Under the pieces are notes generated by a model. The model was not told the origin of the DNA. It saw only the letters and a list, made by a program, of their open reading frames with translations, and did not search any database. A DNA stretch of 64,000 nt from a virus. Its lineage: Duplodnaviria > Heunggongvirae > Uroviricota > Caudoviricetes. This document shows, one piece after another, positions 21,955-32,229 of this stretch. The number at the start of each line of letters is the position of its first letter. The stretch's first letter is position 1. The stretch lies in the IMG/VR virus record IMGVR_UViG_2778261375_000003. One strand, given 5' to 3'. The position numbers and the translations under genes were made by a program.

Positions 21955-23235
21955 ATGACCACTTTTACTAAAGAACAATTAATAGAGATGATTAAGCGCA
22001 ATATAACGGTTATGGATCGTTATCCTGATTTAGTAACTGCACAAATGGATCTGGAAGTATACAAAATTGCGCTGGCATCACTGGAAGCAGAACCAGTTGC
22101 TTATATTTTCAAACATCCGGCCGGGAAATTATTCTGGGCTTTAACGGATGAAAGCAATAAAGAGCAAGCGGACGTTATTCCTGTTTATGCTGCCGCGCCT
22201 GCGTCGGTTGTGCCGGATAATGCATCAGAGCCTCTTGCTTATGCTTACAAAGAGCTTACGCCTGAGATTATGCGCAACCATTTAGCTGTATTCGAGCGAT
22301 ATGGAATAGCCCCAAACGATAGCTCTACCACAATTCAGGCACTGCGAATCGCGCTGGATGGTATAGAGCGGAGCGACGCCATGCTTCAGTCCGGAAACTT
22401 TCGGGAAAACAAGAATTCGTCAACCAATAATTTTCGGGAAATCGCGGAAACGTCAACCAACTATCCGGTAATTCCTAGTGAGGTGTTGTCCGCAATCCTG
22501 AAGGTTGCCAAGATTCGTGCCGATTTCGATGATTTTGACGGTGACAGGCGAGGTATCGGTGATTGTCTGGATGAGGCTGAGCAAGAGCTTATCGTTACCA
22601 TTAACAAATATGCCAGTCAGTTGGCAGCAGAACCGATAGCGACTAATGACGTTCGAGAGCAAACAGCCGTTCCGCCAGTTCCTGTAATACAGGCTGATGT
22701 CGCGCAGGCAATTGAAAAACTCAAACGGAAATTAGTGGAATGCAATCGCTATAACTACTGCGCAGATGCAGTTAAGGGCGTTGAGTATGCCTGCCACGCT
22801 GCCATGCTTCAGGGTAGCCAACCTGTAAGCCAAACTTACAAGTTTCCAGTTAATACACCTTGCCAGGATGCGCCAGCCCATATCTGGCTGCAAACAGCTG
22901 GAGTATGGCCAGAAGATGGCGAGTTAAGCGAATTAACATGGTGCAGCCACAATCAGCACCATGATGACACGCTATATGTTCGAGCTGACTTGGTAAATGG
23001 CAATTCTCCGGTAACTCCGGATGGTTGGATAAGCTGTAGTGAGCGAATGCCGAATACCAAAACAGCCGTTCTTGTTGCCGTGGAGTTTGACAGGAAAGGT
23101 GACTGGCGAATGAAATGGGCTACTTACATCCCGGGGCATCCTGACGCTAATGATGGGTGGATAATTCCTGGTGCGTCGTGGAAACCGTCACACTGGATGC
23201 CGCTACCAGAACCGCCGCAGGAGGTGAATCAATGA
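21955..23235 (+). CDS. hypothetical protein (426 aa) with repeated paralogous domain
   Basis: contains YKIALASLEAEP, VYAAAPASVVP, AAMLQG motifs shared with the 21136 product. Confidence 0.55.
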   Translation: MTTFTKEQLIEMIKRNITVMDRYPDLVTAQMDLEVYKIALASLEAEPVAYIFKHPAGKLFWALTDESNKEQADVIPVYAAAPASVVPDNASEPLAYAYKELTPEIMRNHLAVFERYGIAPNDSSTTIQALRIALDGIERSDAMLQSGNFRENKNSSTNNFREIAETSTNYPVIPSEVLSAILKVAKIRADFDDFDGDRRGIGDCLDEAEQELIVTINKYASQLAAEPIATNDVREQTAVPPVPVIQADVAQAIEKLKRKLVECNRYNYCADAVKGVEYACHAAMLQGSQPVSQTYKFPVNTPCQDAPAHIWLQTAGVWPEDGELSELTWCSHNQHHDDTLYVRADLVNGNSPVTPDGWISCSERMPNTKTAVLVAVEFDRKGDWRMKWATYIPGHPDANDGWIIPGASWKPSHWMPLPEPPQEVNQ

Positions 23236-23299
23236 GCTGGCCTGAAGCATTCACCACGGTAGGAATTGTGATGGCGGCAGCACTGGGTTTGTATTCAAT

Positions 23300-23551
23300 T
23301 TGTCGCTGGTGGTAACGATGGGAAAAATAACTTTTGTAGTCGAATTTGAGGATGGTAAAGAGCCACCTGTTAGCGCCAATCTTGATGTTGCTGGTGGCAG
23401 GCTTGTTTCGGTTCTATTTGGTGACTACCGAGATGACTTCTTCCAACCAGAAGAAGTTGATGTAGTGCGAGAGGCATTAAACGAGTTAAGTGTTGATAAC
23501 GATGATGCTCATGCGGAAATCATCCAAAAAATGGAACTGCTAACTCACTAA
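23300..23551 (+). CDS. hypothetical small acidic protein (83 aa)
   Basis: ORF with upstream purine-rich tract. Confidence 0.45.
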   Translation: MSLVVTMGKITFVVEFEDGKEPPVSANLDVAGGRLVSVLFGDYRDDFFQPEEVDVVREALNELSVDNDDAHAEIIQKMELLTH

Positions 23552-23599
23552 ATTATCAATTATGGTGCTATCACCTACGACACCGAGAGAAAATTTATA

Positions 23600-23722
23600 A
23601 TGTCAAAAGTAAATGTTTTGATTTTTTCAGCAATTGTTGGCTTTGGTTTTACTGCCGGAGTGCAGATTTATATTACGTGGGAAAAAATCATCAACTACGC
23701 ATGGAGTTGTTTTATTAAGTGA
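23600..23722 (+). CDS. small hydrophobic peptide (40 aa)
   Basis: ATG at 23600 to TGA at 23720-23722, one predicted TM helix (MSKVNVLIFSAIVGFGFTAGVQIYITW...). Confidence 0.3.
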   Translation: MSKVNVLIFSAIVGFGFTAGVQIYITWEKIINYAWSCFIK

Positions 23723-23729
23723 GGTAAGT

Positions 23730-24023
23730 ATGTGGAGAGGTAATAGTCATGGCAAAAGCCAGATGATACTTACCGAATATAAGCTAGACCACAAAACCAA
23801 TAAATCACGTTCAGTATATTTGCTCCGGCACAATAGCCGCGTAAGAAATACCGTGCTGGAACAAAATCTGACAGTTGAAATGGATAATTACGGGGGATTC
23901 AAGCCAACAATTTCACTTGATGATTTTCCTCGTGGTTTAAGCGAAAGAGAAGCAATGCTGAAATTAGCAGAATGGCTACAAAGATTAAGCATTGCTATTG
24001 AAGATAACTGGTCTGAACCTTAA
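23730..24023 (+). CDS. hypothetical protein (97 aa)
   Basis: ATG at 23730 preceded by gaggtaag RBS-like sequence; track ORF 23634 probably over-extended. Confidence 0.45.
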   Translation: MWRGNSHGKSQMILTEYKLDHKTNKSRSVYLLRHNSRVRNTVLEQNLTVEMDNYGGFKPTISLDDFPRGLSEREAMLKLAEWLQRLSIAIEDNWSEP

Positions 24024-24029
24024 ATTTAT

Positions 24030-24404
24030 ATGATGACACTAAAACATTTTCTTGACCGCCCATTATGGGCGGCAGCCGCAGGCTATGACTTTAATTATAT
24101 GGATTGCATGTCTTATACCGCCAATGCATACGACTATTCCTTCAGTCTGCTGCTTAATTCTTTAAGAATATTGCCGCAAACAGAAGTTGGAGAGATTCAT
24201 TTATGGCTATTGGGCTTTATCGCGGCTGGAGTTGGTATTGCTGTATGGCCTTTTATTTTCTGGCTGGTGGCTGTTGTAGTGTGGTTTAAGTGCAAGACGT
24301 ACCGGAGAAAGTATTTCTTAGGTGATGGAATGACTGATATTGCCAAAATGAACATTGAAAAATGGACTAAGGAATGTGAAAAGAAATGGCGCAAAAAGAA
24401 ATGA
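24030..24404 (+). CDS. putative membrane protein (124 aa)
   Basis: hydrophobic segment LWLLGFIAAGVGIAVWPFIFWLVAVVVWF. Confidence 0.5.
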   Translation: MMTLKHFLDRPLWAAAAGYDFNYMDCMSYTANAYDYSFSLLLNSLRILPQTEVGEIHLWLLGFIAAGVGIAVWPFIFWLVAVVVWFKCKTYRRKYFLGDGMTDIAKMNIEKWTKECEKKWRKKK

Positions 24405-25036
24405 CCAGAATCACTGAAGAGCGTATATTAGAGATTATTTCCCGTATCGAAATGTATGGTCACGGTGCTGGATATACGGCAGATGAAGTATTGGAAATAG
24501 CCCAGCAGATGCTGGCCTTGAGACAAAAAGAGCAACATGAAAGTAATACGTGTAGATTGAATTTTGAGCAGTGGCTGGAACAGCAACGCGGAAAAATCGA
24601 TGTGGACTGCGGTTGTGTGTCCACTGAAACATTCATGCACTGGCTGTGGGTAGCTTACGAGGCTGGCAACTATCCGGATATTCCGGATAGTTCGGTGCCA
24701 GCGCCAGGAAAGGGCGTCACCGGTGAACGTATCCGCATTAAGCCGCATGTTTATCGCGAACTGGTTAACCGTCTCCACGATACAGCGATCAAGTGTGCTG
24801 GCACCCAGCAATTACGAGAAAGAATTAGCCGTGTTTTGGGCGACGTTATTACACCAGATCATCATAAACAAGCCGAGAAAAGTGACCTGGAAAGGTGTCA
24901 CCTTGAGGCGGCATTAAACATTAAGCCGGGGCATACGCTTGGCATTATTGATGCACTATTGGTTCATAAGATGGCCAGGGCTTTATTGCCGCTGGTGGCT
25001 GAAAAGCATGAGGTGGACCATGCCAACGAAAGCTGA
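24386..25036 (+). CDS. hypothetical protein (216 aa)
   Basis: ORF overlapping neighbour stop/start. Confidence 0.5.
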   Translation: MAQKEMTRITEERILEIISRIEMYGHGAGYTADEVLEIAQQMLALRQKEQHESNTCRLNFEQWLEQQRGKIDVDCGCVSTETFMHWLWVAYEAGNYPDIPDSSVPAPGKGVTGERIRIKPHVYRELVNRLHDTAIKCAGTQQLRERISRVLGDVITPDHHKQAEKSDLERCHLEAALNIKPGHTLGIIDALLVHKMARALLPLVAEKHEVDHANES

Positions 25037-25304
25037 ATTACAGGTGCGCGTAGATGAGCTTGAAAAAGAGAACGCGAGCCTCAAAAAAATGCTGTCGCGG
25101 GCGGAAAGGGAATTATCAGGCAAATTATTGCCAGAAGAACTGCCACCAGCAGATATACCTGATCGAGTGTCCTGGTGGATGAAGTATTTCCGTGCACCGT
25201 GGGAGGCGTTTTGGTGCTACGACCATCGCAGATGGTGTGATGAACTTGATAGCAATTTTCCCTACTTTGCGGAAGGGAACACCTGCCCTCAATGCAGGGG
25301 ATAG
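25020..25304 (+). CDS. hypothetical coiled-coil/zinc-ribbon protein (94 aa)
   Basis: internal ATG at 25020 chosen; ELQVRVDELEKENASLKK coiled coil and C-terminal CPQC. Confidence 0.4.
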   Translation: MPTKAELQVRVDELEKENASLKKMLSRAERELSGKLLPEELPPADIPDRVSWWMKYFRAPWEAFWCYDHRRWCDELDSNFPYFAEGNTCPQCRG

Positions 25305-25639
25305 CATTTGACGAAATCGATCACCCTATCCTGAACTTCAGAAAGAAGGTCTTTTTCACGCGCCAGGACGTCAGGATATTGACGTTCTGGCCTTACCAGA
25401 TGCCGGAGCTTCCCATTAAGCAGAATGGCCTCAGAAAACACTTTTACGCTGTGCTTTATCCCCTCTGTTTCACTTTTCAGCGTCAAAATAAAGCGCAATT
25501 GCTTATTAGCCTGATTCGGATTCAATACACGAATTTGCAGTTCGTCTATGCTGTTCCGCAATGGGATTGATGCCACCACACTGGTGCAGTCTCTGATTGT
25601 CTGAATTGAACGGCTAACATTGAGAACGTTATTGTGCAT
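25289..25639 (-). CDS. hypothetical protein (116 aa), only minus-strand ORF in this block
   Basis: non-overlapped ORF between two plus-strand genes; no motifs recognised. Confidence 0.35.
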   Translation of the reverse strand: MHNNVLNVSRSIQTIRDCTSVVASIPLRNSIDELQIRVLNPNQANKQLRFILTLKSETEGIKHSVKVFSEAILLNGKLRHLVRPERQYPDVLAREKDLLSEVQDRVIDFVKCYPLH

Positions 25640-25671
25640 GTGCCTGATCCACTAACTCCTGGAGGTTTCTT

Positions 25672-25923
25672 GTGTCAGATCGAAATATAGCAGCTAAAAG
25701 CCAGGAAGAGCGAGACAAGGTGAACGTAGACCTTGCCGCCAGCGGCGTTGCTTACAAAGAACGGCTGAATATACCTGTGATTGCAGAGCAGGTGGCCCGT
25801 GAGCAACCGGAAAACCTGCGCGCCTATTTCATGGAACGGCTACGGCACTACCGGCAGTTAAGCCTCCAGTTGCCAAAAGGGAGCGATCCGGTGTATCAGA
25901 ACGAGGATGCACCAAAAAAATAA
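25672..25923 (+). CDS. hot: homologue of DNA polymerase III theta subunit (Hot-like)
   Basis: 83 aa; [36 protein letters not shown] closely parallels the E. coli HolE core as recalled. Confidence 0.75.
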   Translation: MSDRNIAAKSQEERDKVNVDLAASGVAYKERLNIPVIAEQVAREQPENLRAYFMERLRHYRQLSLQLPKGSDPVYQNEDAPKK

Positions 25924-26008
25924 CGGCAAGATGGGGGAGAAATGTGATTAGCCCCCAGCGTGGCGCGCCTACAAACCCCGCTTTCACAAACTATGCCTTT
26001 TCAATGTA

Positions 26009-26028
26009 TACTGTATGAATAAACAGTA
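26009..26028. promoter_or_regulatory. LexA (SOS) box upstream of humD
   Basis: TACTGTATGAATAAACAGTA fits CTGT-N8-ACAG perfectly, about 20 bp upstream of the humD start. Confidence 0.75.
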
Positions 26029-26046
26029 TCATTGAGGTAAAACGCT

Positions 26047-26436
26047 ATGGGCTTCCCTTCTCCTGCGGCGGATTATGTTGAAAGCCGAATTTCTCTTGAT
26101 CAGCAGATAATTAGACATCCTTCAGCGACCTACTTCATGCGGGCAGCTGATAGCCATCACCGTGAGGGAATATTGCAGGGTGCTTTGCTGGTGGTTGATT
26201 CCTCGCTTACTCCGGTTGATGGTTCTCTGCTTGTGTGCGCTATGGAGGGTGAATATCGCATAAAGAGATACAGGAAGTATCCGCGCCAGCACCTGGAGGA
26301 CTTAAGCACCGGGAAGAAAGAGGCGTTACCAGTAGATGACGATGGATACACGGGCAGTAATGCTGTTTTTGGTGTGATCACTCATGTCATCAATGATGCC
26401 CGAAGTGGGGAATTTGATGATTGTCCGGTTATTTAA
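26047..26436 (+). CDS. humD: UmuD-like S24 peptidase (HumD-like)
   Basis: 129 aa with LexA/UmuD-like C-terminal domain; preceded by a LexA box. Confidence 0.75.
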   Translation: MGFPSPAADYVESRISLDQQIIRHPSATYFMRAADSHHREGILQGALLVVDSSLTPVDGSLLVCAMEGEYRIKRYRKYPRQHLEDLSTGKKEALPVDDDGYTGSNAVFGVITHVINDARSGEFDDCPVI

Positions 26437-26502
26437 GCTGCAAAGTGCTGGTGCTTTATGCCTGTGAAGTTTATAATTGTGTACACATAACGAGTACACG
26501 AG

Positions 26503-26730
26503 GTGTTTATGCAATCCATTAACTTCCGTACCGCGCGTGGCAACCTTTCTGAAGTGCTCAACAATGTTGAAGCCGGGGAAGAGGTTGAAATCACCCGCAG
26601 AGGCCGTGAGCCAGCAGTAATTGTCAGCAAGGCTACTTTCGAAGCCTACAAAAAAGCGGCGCTGGATGCTGAATTTGCATCCCTGTTTGACACCCTGGAC
26701 TCCACCAACAAGGAACTGGTTAACCGATAA
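26503..26730 (+). CDS. phd: Phd antitoxin
   Basis: about 73-75 aa, [26 protein letters not shown]..., immediately followed by doc with overlapping stop/start. Confidence 0.9.
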   Translation: MFMQSINFRTARGNLSEVLNNVEAGEEVEITRRGREPAVIVSKATFEAYKKAALDAEFASLFDTLDSTNKELVNR

Positions 26731-27110
26731 TGAGACATATATCACCGGAAGAACTTGTTGCGCTTCATGATGCGAATATAAGCCGCTACGGCGGCCTGCC
26801 TGGCATGTCAGATCCGGGTAGGGCAGAGGCCATTATCGGGAGAGTTCAGGCCAGAGTTGCCTACGAAGAGATCACCGACCTTTTCGAAGTCTCCGCCACC
26901 TACCTGGTGGCTACAGCGAGAGGGCATATATTCAATGATGCCAATAAGCGTACCGCGCTAAACAGTGCGCTGCTATTTCTACGCCGTAACGGGGTGCAGG
27001 TATTTGATTCACCTGAACTGGCAGACCTTACTGTAGGCGCTGCGACTGGCGAGATATCTGTATCTTCTGTCGCCGACACGTTACGTAGATTGTATGGTTC
27101 TGCGGAGTAG
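26730..27110 (+). CDS. doc: Doc toxin (Fic-fold kinase)
   Basis: 126 aa; [22 protein letters not shown]...; overlaps phd stop (TAATG). Confidence 0.9.
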   Translation: MRHISPEELVALHDANISRYGGLPGMSDPGRAEAIIGRVQARVAYEEITDLFEVSATYLVATARGHIFNDANKRTALNSALLFLRRNGVQVFDSPELADLTVGAATGEISVSSVADTLRRLYGSAE

Positions 27111-27114
27111 ATTA

Positions 27115-27294
27115 ATGGCACGCAAATACAACAAATTGTCCCGTGAAGCGTTAAAGATGCTTCTTGATGGCGTGAGTCGCCGCAAGGTAAAGCAATACCT
27201 GGTTGGTAAGCAAATTGGAGTCAGGACCGCTATTGCTGTGTTATGCCGTCAGGAAATGGTTGTGCTTAAACAGAGAATGCCGGGCAGCAGATAA
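27115..27294 (+). CDS. hypothetical small basic protein (59 aa)
   Basis: internal ATG of track ORF 27094-27294. Confidence 0.35.
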   Translation: MARKYNKLSREALKMLLDGVSRRKVKQYLVGKQIGVRTAIAVLCRQEMVVLKQRMPGSR

Positions 27295-27321
27295 AGCCCA
27301 ATCAGTGATTAAAGGTGTGAT

Positions 27322-28365
27322 GTGAAAGCCGTAATTACTCCCTTTGTACAGAAAGAGCTTGGCCTCGCCACGTTCAAAGTGGATCAGGAGGTCAGAAAAC
27401 TGGTGGAGGCTGGCCGTAAATTTATCATGGAGCCGGTGCCGCGTGAGTTAATCGAGCACATGGAAGACGGCCTCGTTGTTACCGAGCAAACCATGGCAAC
27501 AAATGAGGCGTTGCAGCCGTTTTTTAACAGCGATGAACTGTTTCGCCGTATTGGTGGAATTGACGCGCTGGTGGCGTGGTTGCGTAGGAAAGAGGGTCAA
27601 TGCCAGGCCGCAGATCGTAGTTGGTGTGACAACCATATTGTCCACGCTGAACGAGACAATAGCGCGGTGTTGTTGTGCTGGCATCACGATAACCATTACC
27701 GGATGCGTGGTTTTAATGAGCTGAAAGAAACGCTGCACAATAATCGCGTTAACTGGATACTGGATGTCGCCCGTCAGGAAATGGGCCTTTCAAATAGCCA
27801 TGATTTAAGTATTCAGGAGCTGTGCTGGTGGGCTTTCATGCGCAACATGATGCACCTGATGCCGGAAGAAGTCTGCCGCATATCAATAAATAAGATGAAG
27901 GCTACTCCGCAGGATAGCGGACCTCTGAAAGAGGCGGATATTCGCCCGTATGACGATCGCGCTACAGCATATGTTCAGATGATGGAAGAACGCGCCGCGC
28001 CGATGCGTGCAAAAGTATGCCCTGTGGATGTTGACTCCGACCCAGGTATGGCGCATTTCAAAATACCAAAACTTCAATCGCTAAAATTGCCCGAGTACAT
28101 GGACTTTGTGGCTTCCCGTCCATGCTGTGGCTGTGGAGCTGCGGGAGCTGGCGCTCACATTACGCCTTATATCGTTCGTCATAGTCGATTATGCGCGCAT
28201 GACATTTATGCTATTCCTCTGTGCCAGTCATGCCAGCGTGATATTGAGCGTGACCGCGATAATTGGGAGAAGACGCACGGCAGGCTGGCGATGCATCAAC
28301 GATTGTTCTTTGATTACGCGCTTGGAGTCGGCGTTATCACAAGTCACTCGTCGAGCGTTAGATAA
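27322..28365 (+). CDS. hypothetical Cys/His-rich protein (347 aa)
   Basis: ORF with clusters CWHHDNH and [12 protein letters not shown]...CQSCQ. Confidence 0.5.
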   Translation: MKAVITPFVQKELGLATFKVDQEVRKLVEAGRKFIMEPVPRELIEHMEDGLVVTEQTMATNEALQPFFNSDELFRRIGGIDALVAWLRRKEGQCQAADRSWCDNHIVHAERDNSAVLLCWHHDNHYRMRGFNELKETLHNNRVNWILDVARQEMGLSNSHDLSIQELCWWAFMRNMMHLMPEEVCRISINKMKATPQDSGPLKEADIRPYDDRATAYVQMMEERAAPMRAKVCPVDVDSDPGMAHFKIPKLQSLKLPEYMDFVASRPCCGCGAAGAGAHITPYIVRHSRLCAHDIYAIPLCQSCQRDIERDRDNWEKTHGRLAMHQRLFFDYALGVGVITSHSSSVR

Positions 28366-28366
28366 A

Positions 28367-28383
28367 ATTGCTCTAATGTATTG
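28367..28383 (+). promoter_or_regulatory. C1 operator-like site upstream of lpa
   Basis: ATTGCTCTAATGTATTG, with a weaker overlapping second copy. Confidence 0.6.
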
Positions 28384-28453
28384 CTATTTCTTTAATCGAG
28401 GGTATTATATTCGTCGTTGATTAGTTGACATGGGCTAATCAGTAGGTGACAGG

Positions 28454-28906
28454 ATGTTACTTAACTGGCAGGGACGCCACTTCATGGAAATAAATCACTC
28501 ACGAATTACATCGTATGAGATTGCGGATTACATGATCCGCACTAAATCTCTTCTATCAGCGAAAGAACTCGCAGCAATCCTTGAAAAGGAATACCCGCAT
28601 CTGGATGTCGATAAGCGCGATGTTTATCTGCGCTTAAAGGCTATCGCTGTGTCTAAGTATTCGTCTGTTTTGATTGATGACAGTACACGCCCACGTAGAT
28701 TTCAGATCCACTCTCTGAATCCTGAATTCTTTCGCCGCAGCCGCGCTCCGCGCCGGTTTGATGAAAAACTCCAGAACGAACTCTATATGACGCAGGACGA
28801 AAAGGAACGCCGGGAGCACCAGCCTTGGGTAATGGCGCGTCAACTTTTCAATAAGGTGGCCCGTCAGCACCGTCATTACGGTAATGCCACATCCGCACGT
28901 ATCTGA
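28454..28906 (+). CDS. lpa: late promoter activator (Lpa-like)
   Basis: 150-aa basic protein immediately upstream of pacA and under an operator; assigned by size and synteny. Confidence 0.6.
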   Translation: MLLNWQGRHFMEINHSRITSYEIADYMIRTKSLLSAKELAAILEKEYPHLDVDKRDVYLRLKAIAVSKYSSVLIDDSTRPRRFQIHSLNPEFFRRSRAPRRFDEKLQNELYMTQDEKERREHQPWVMARQLFNKVARQHRHYGNATSARI

Positions 28907-28991
28907 TTGATTGCTTGCCCGTTCCGGGCCTTTTGACATGTGACTTTCGTTACCCTCGCGTCAAAAAGAGTTTTTACGAAAGGAAGCATAA

Positions 28992-30185
28992 GTGACCTGG
29001 GACGATCACAAGAAGAATTTTGCTCGCCTGGCGCGAGATGGTGGTTACACCATCGCACAATATGCCGCCGAGTTTAATCTCAACCCAAACACCGCACGTC
29101 GTTATCTCCGTGCATTCAAAGAAGACACCGGAACAGCGGACAGCCGTAAGCCAAATAAGCCTGTCAGAAAACCACTAAAAAGCATGATCATTGATCACGC
29201 TAATGATCAACGTGCAGGTGATCACATTGTGGCTGAAATGGCTGAAAAACAAAGAGTTAATGCTGTTGTCAGTGCCGCAGTCGAGAACGCGAAGCGCCAG
29301 AATAAGCGCATAAATGATCGTTCTGATGATCATGACGTGATCACCCGCGCCCACCGGACCTTACGTGATCGCCTGGAACGCGACACCCTGGATGATGATG
29401 GTGAACGCTTTGAATTCGAAGCTGGCGATTACCTGATAGATAACGTTGAAGCGCGGAAGGCCGCGCGCGCTATGTTGCGTCGGTCCGGGGCTGATGTTCT
29501 GGAAACCACTCTTCTGGAAAAGTCTCTCTCTCATCTCCTTATGCTGGAGAACGCCAGGGATACGTGTATTCGCTTGGTTCAGGAAATGCGCGATCAGCAA
29601 AAAGACGATGATGAAGGAACTCCGCCTGAATACCGTATCGCGAGCATGCTAAACAGCTGTTCCGCGCAGATAAGCAGCCTGATCAACACCATTTACAGCA
29701 TCCGGAATAACTATCGAAAAGAAAGCCGGGAGGCGGAAAAGCACGCTTTGTCTATGGGGCAAGCTGGCATTGTTAAGCTGGCATACGAACGAAAGCGTGA
29801 AAACAACTGGTCAGTGCTGGAGGCAGCTGAATTCATCGAGGCGCATGGAGGGAAAGTACCGCCCCTGATGCTGGAGCAAATCAAAGCCGATCTGCGTGCT
29901 CCTAAGACCAATACCGATGATGAGGAAAGGCAAACAGCCGTCGGTGGCCCTTCTCTTGAAGATCTGGACAAAGTTGCGCGAGAACGGGCCGCCAACCGCC
30001 GCGCCGATGCCGCATTGTGGATTGAGCAGCGTAGGGAAGAAATCGCCGATATCGTTGATACAGGCGGTTATGGAGATGTTGATACTGAAGGTGTATCAAA
30101 CGACCCATGGCTGGAACAAGACCTGGACGAAGACGAGGAGGAAGACGAAGAAGTTACCCGCAAGCTATACGGGGATGATGATTAA
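28992..30185 (+). CDS. pacA: pacase (terminase) small subunit PacA
   Basis: 397 aa; the pac hexamer cluster lies inside the ORF; acidic C-terminal tail; followed by pacB with ATGA overlap. Confidence 0.8.
   Translation: MTWDDHKKNFARLARDGGYTIAQYAAEFNLNPNTARRYLRAFKEDTGTADSRKPNKPVRKPLKSMIIDHANDQRAGDHIVAEMAEKQRVNAVVSAAVENAKRQNKRINDRSDDHDVITRAHRTLRDRLERDTLDDDGERFEFEAGDYLIDNVEARKAARAMLRRSGADVLETTLLEKSLSHLLMLENARDTCIRLVQEMRDQQKDDDEGTPPEYRIASMLNSCSAQISSLINTIYSIRNNYRKESREAEKHALSMGQAGIVKLAYERKRENNWSVLEAAEFIEAHGGKVPPLMLEQIKADLRAPKTNTDDEERQTAVGGPSLEDLDKVARERAANRRADAALWIEQRREEIADIVDTGGYGDVDTEGVSNDPWLEQDLDEDEEEDEEVTRKLYGDDD
29185..29343. other. pac packaging site (4 + 3 TGATCA/G hexamers)
   Basis: TGATCA at 29185, 29192, 29204, 29219 and TGATCG/TGATCA at 29315, 29327, 29338, flanking a roughly 90-bp core. 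Confidence 0.8.
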
Positions 30186-31669
30186 TGGCCAGAAGTTGCG
30201 TAACGGATCCACGTTGGCGCGAGCTGGTGGCGCTATATCGTTATGACTGGATTGCTGCCGCTGATGTTTTGTTCGGCAAAACACCTACCTGGCAGCAGGA
30301 TCTGATTATTGAGTCTGTGCAGGAACAGGGTAGCAAGACATCTGTTTCGTCTGGTCACGGTACCGGGAAATCAGACATGACTTCTATCATGATCATGTTG
30401 TTCATAATCATGTATCCAGGTGCCCGTGCCATTATCGTTGCGAACAAAATTCAGCAGGTAATGACCGGTATATTCAAGTACATCAAGATAAACTGGGCTA
30501 CTGCCACCAGCCGTTTCCCATGGCTTGCTGATTATTTTGTTCTGACAGAAACCGCTTTCTATGAGATTACTGGTAAAGGTGTATGGACTGTAGTACCGAA
30601 GGGCTTTCGTCTGGGAAGTGAAGAAGCTCTCGCCGGTGAACACGCAGATCATCTTCTGTATATTATCGATGAAGCCTCCGGTGTCAGTGATAGAGCTTTC
30701 GGTATCATCACCGGTGCTCTTACCGGACAGGATAACCGCATCTTATTGCTGTCACAGCCTACACGCCCAAGCGGCTATTTCTACGATACACACCATAAAC
30801 TGGCCAAGCGTCCTGGTAACCCTGATGGCGTTTATACGGCGATCACGCTTAACAGTGAGGAATCACCGTTGGTAACGCCAGCATTTATCAAAATGAAGCT
30901 GGCGGAGTACGGCGGGCGTGATAACCCTATGTACATGATTAAGGTACGCGGCCTATTCCCTAAATCACAGGATGGCTTCCTTCTTGGACGTGATGAGGTT
31001 GAACGTGCAACGCGGCGGAAAGTCAAGATTGCCAAAGGATGGGGCTGGCTTGCATGTGTGGACGTTGCTGGTGGTACGGGACGGGATAAGTCCGTTATCA
31101 ATATCATGATGGTGTCCGGCCAGCGAAATAAACGCCGTGTAATCAACTATCGAATGCTGGAATACACAGACGTTACAGAAACGCAGCTTGCCGCCAAAAT
31201 TTTCGCAGAATGTAATCCTGAGCGATTCCCCAATATCACCATAGCGATAGACGGCGATGGCCTGGGTAAAGCAACGGCGGATCTGATGTACGAGTATTAT
31301 GGTATTACCGTACAGCGTATACGCTGGGGTAAAAAGATGCATAGCCGTGAAGATAAGAGCCTGTACTTTGATAAACGTGCTTATGCCAATGTTCAAGCCG
31401 CAGAGGCCGTAAAATCTGGTCGTATGAGACTGGATAAGGGTAATGAAACTATTGAGGAAGCGTCGAAAATCCCTGTAGGGATTAACTCCGCAGGTCAATG
31501 GAAGGTGATGAGTAAGGAGGATATGAAGAAAAAACTCAACCTGCACTCACCAGACCATTGGGATACATATTGTTTCGCTATGCTGGCGGATTATGTTCCC
31601 CAGGATGAAGTGCTTAGCGTCGAAGACGAAGCGCAGGTTGATGAAGCTCTGGCATGGCTTAATGAATGA
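30185..31669 (+). CDS. pacB: pacase (terminase) large subunit PacB
   Basis: 494 aa with Walker A-like GHGTGKS and terminase nuclease-like C-terminal part. Confidence 0.8.
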   Translation: MARSCVTDPRWRELVALYRYDWIAAADVLFGKTPTWQQDLIIESVQEQGSKTSVSSGHGTGKSDMTSIMIMLFIIMYPGARAIIVANKIQQVMTGIFKYIKINWATATSRFPWLADYFVLTETAFYEITGKGVWTVVPKGFRLGSEEALAGEHADHLLYIIDEASGVSDRAFGIITGALTGQDNRILLLSQPTRPSGYFYDTHHKLAKRPGNPDGVYTAITLNSEESPLVTPAFIKMKLAEYGGRDNPMYMIKVRGLFPKSQDGFLLGRDEVERATRRKVKIAKGWGWLACVDVAGGTGRDKSVINIMMVSGQRNKRRVINYRMLEYTDVTETQLAAKIFAECNPERFPNITIAIDGDGLGKATADLMYEYYGITVQRIRWGKKMHSREDKSLYFDKRAYANVQAAEAVKSGRMRLDKGNETIEEASKIPVGINSAGQWKVMSKEDMKKKLNLHSPDHWDTYCFAMLADYVPQDEVLSVEDEAQVDEALAWLNE

Positions 31670-31672
31670 ATA

Positions 31673-31689
31673 TTTGCTCTAATAAATTG
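31673..31689 (+). promoter_or_regulatory. C1 operator-like site at the pacB 3' end
   Basis: tTTGCTCTAATAAATTg, consensus core intact. Confidence 0.6.
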
Positions 31690-31819
31690 TGTTTTTTAGC
31701 TACCGATGTTACATTGAACCTGACCTCTTGCGCCTTGTGGCATTTTCGGTTTATGCTTATCAGGCACCTCATTAAAACGGGTGCCGGGATTGGCCTCCCG
31801 CTTAAGTCTAAGGCGATAC

Positions 31820-31842
31820 AGACGCCGCTCGCGTCTTTTTTT
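31820..31842 (+). terminator. Rho-independent terminator-like hairpin in the leader of the antirepressor-like module
   Basis: stem agacgc/gcgtct with 5-nt loop, followed by 7 T. Confidence 0.5.
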
Positions 31843-32007
31843 GTATCGGCGTACACGCACACCTCTACAATGGTGGGCTGTATGGGGCTACCTTCGGGTA
31901 GGCTGGTTACCTTGGACGCCAGTAAGGCCAACTCCGTACAGTCCACCGCCAGCAAGATTGGTCTCTTCTGCGGTGGTTACATACCAACGTCTAAGGAGGC
32001 TGCCAAT

Positions 32008-32229
32008 ATGGCTACTATCCCTACCCCAACTCATCCTGAATTTATCTGGCGCTTTTACTCCTGCCAAAAACGTCACTATCACTTCGTTATTGCACCAACA
32101 GAAGATGAGGCCCGCTCTCAGCTTCCTGACGCCCCATGTATTTTCTCTGCCCGTTTTTCCACTGATTCACGCAATTCTCTCAGTTACTGGTGCCTCCCTG
32201 TTAACGCTTCTGCTCAGGAGGGACTATGA
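32008..32229 (+). CDS. small protein (73 aa) translationally coupled to the antirepressor-like gene (Icd-like position)
   Basis: ATG at 32008 preceded by AAGGAGG; stop overlaps the next start (ATGA); the longer track ORF 31666-32229 is a likely over-extension. Confidence 0.5.
   Translation: MATIPTPTHPEFIWRFYSCQKRHYHFVIAPTEDEARSQLPDAPCIFSARFSTDSRNSLSYWCLPVNASAQEGL

Noticed and set aside
31666-32229. 187-aa version of the ORF upstream of the antirepressor-like gene
   Set aside because: The N-terminal 114 codons span the operator, leader hairpins and terminator and lack an RBS; only the last 73 codons (from 32008) have a strong AAGGAGG RBS.
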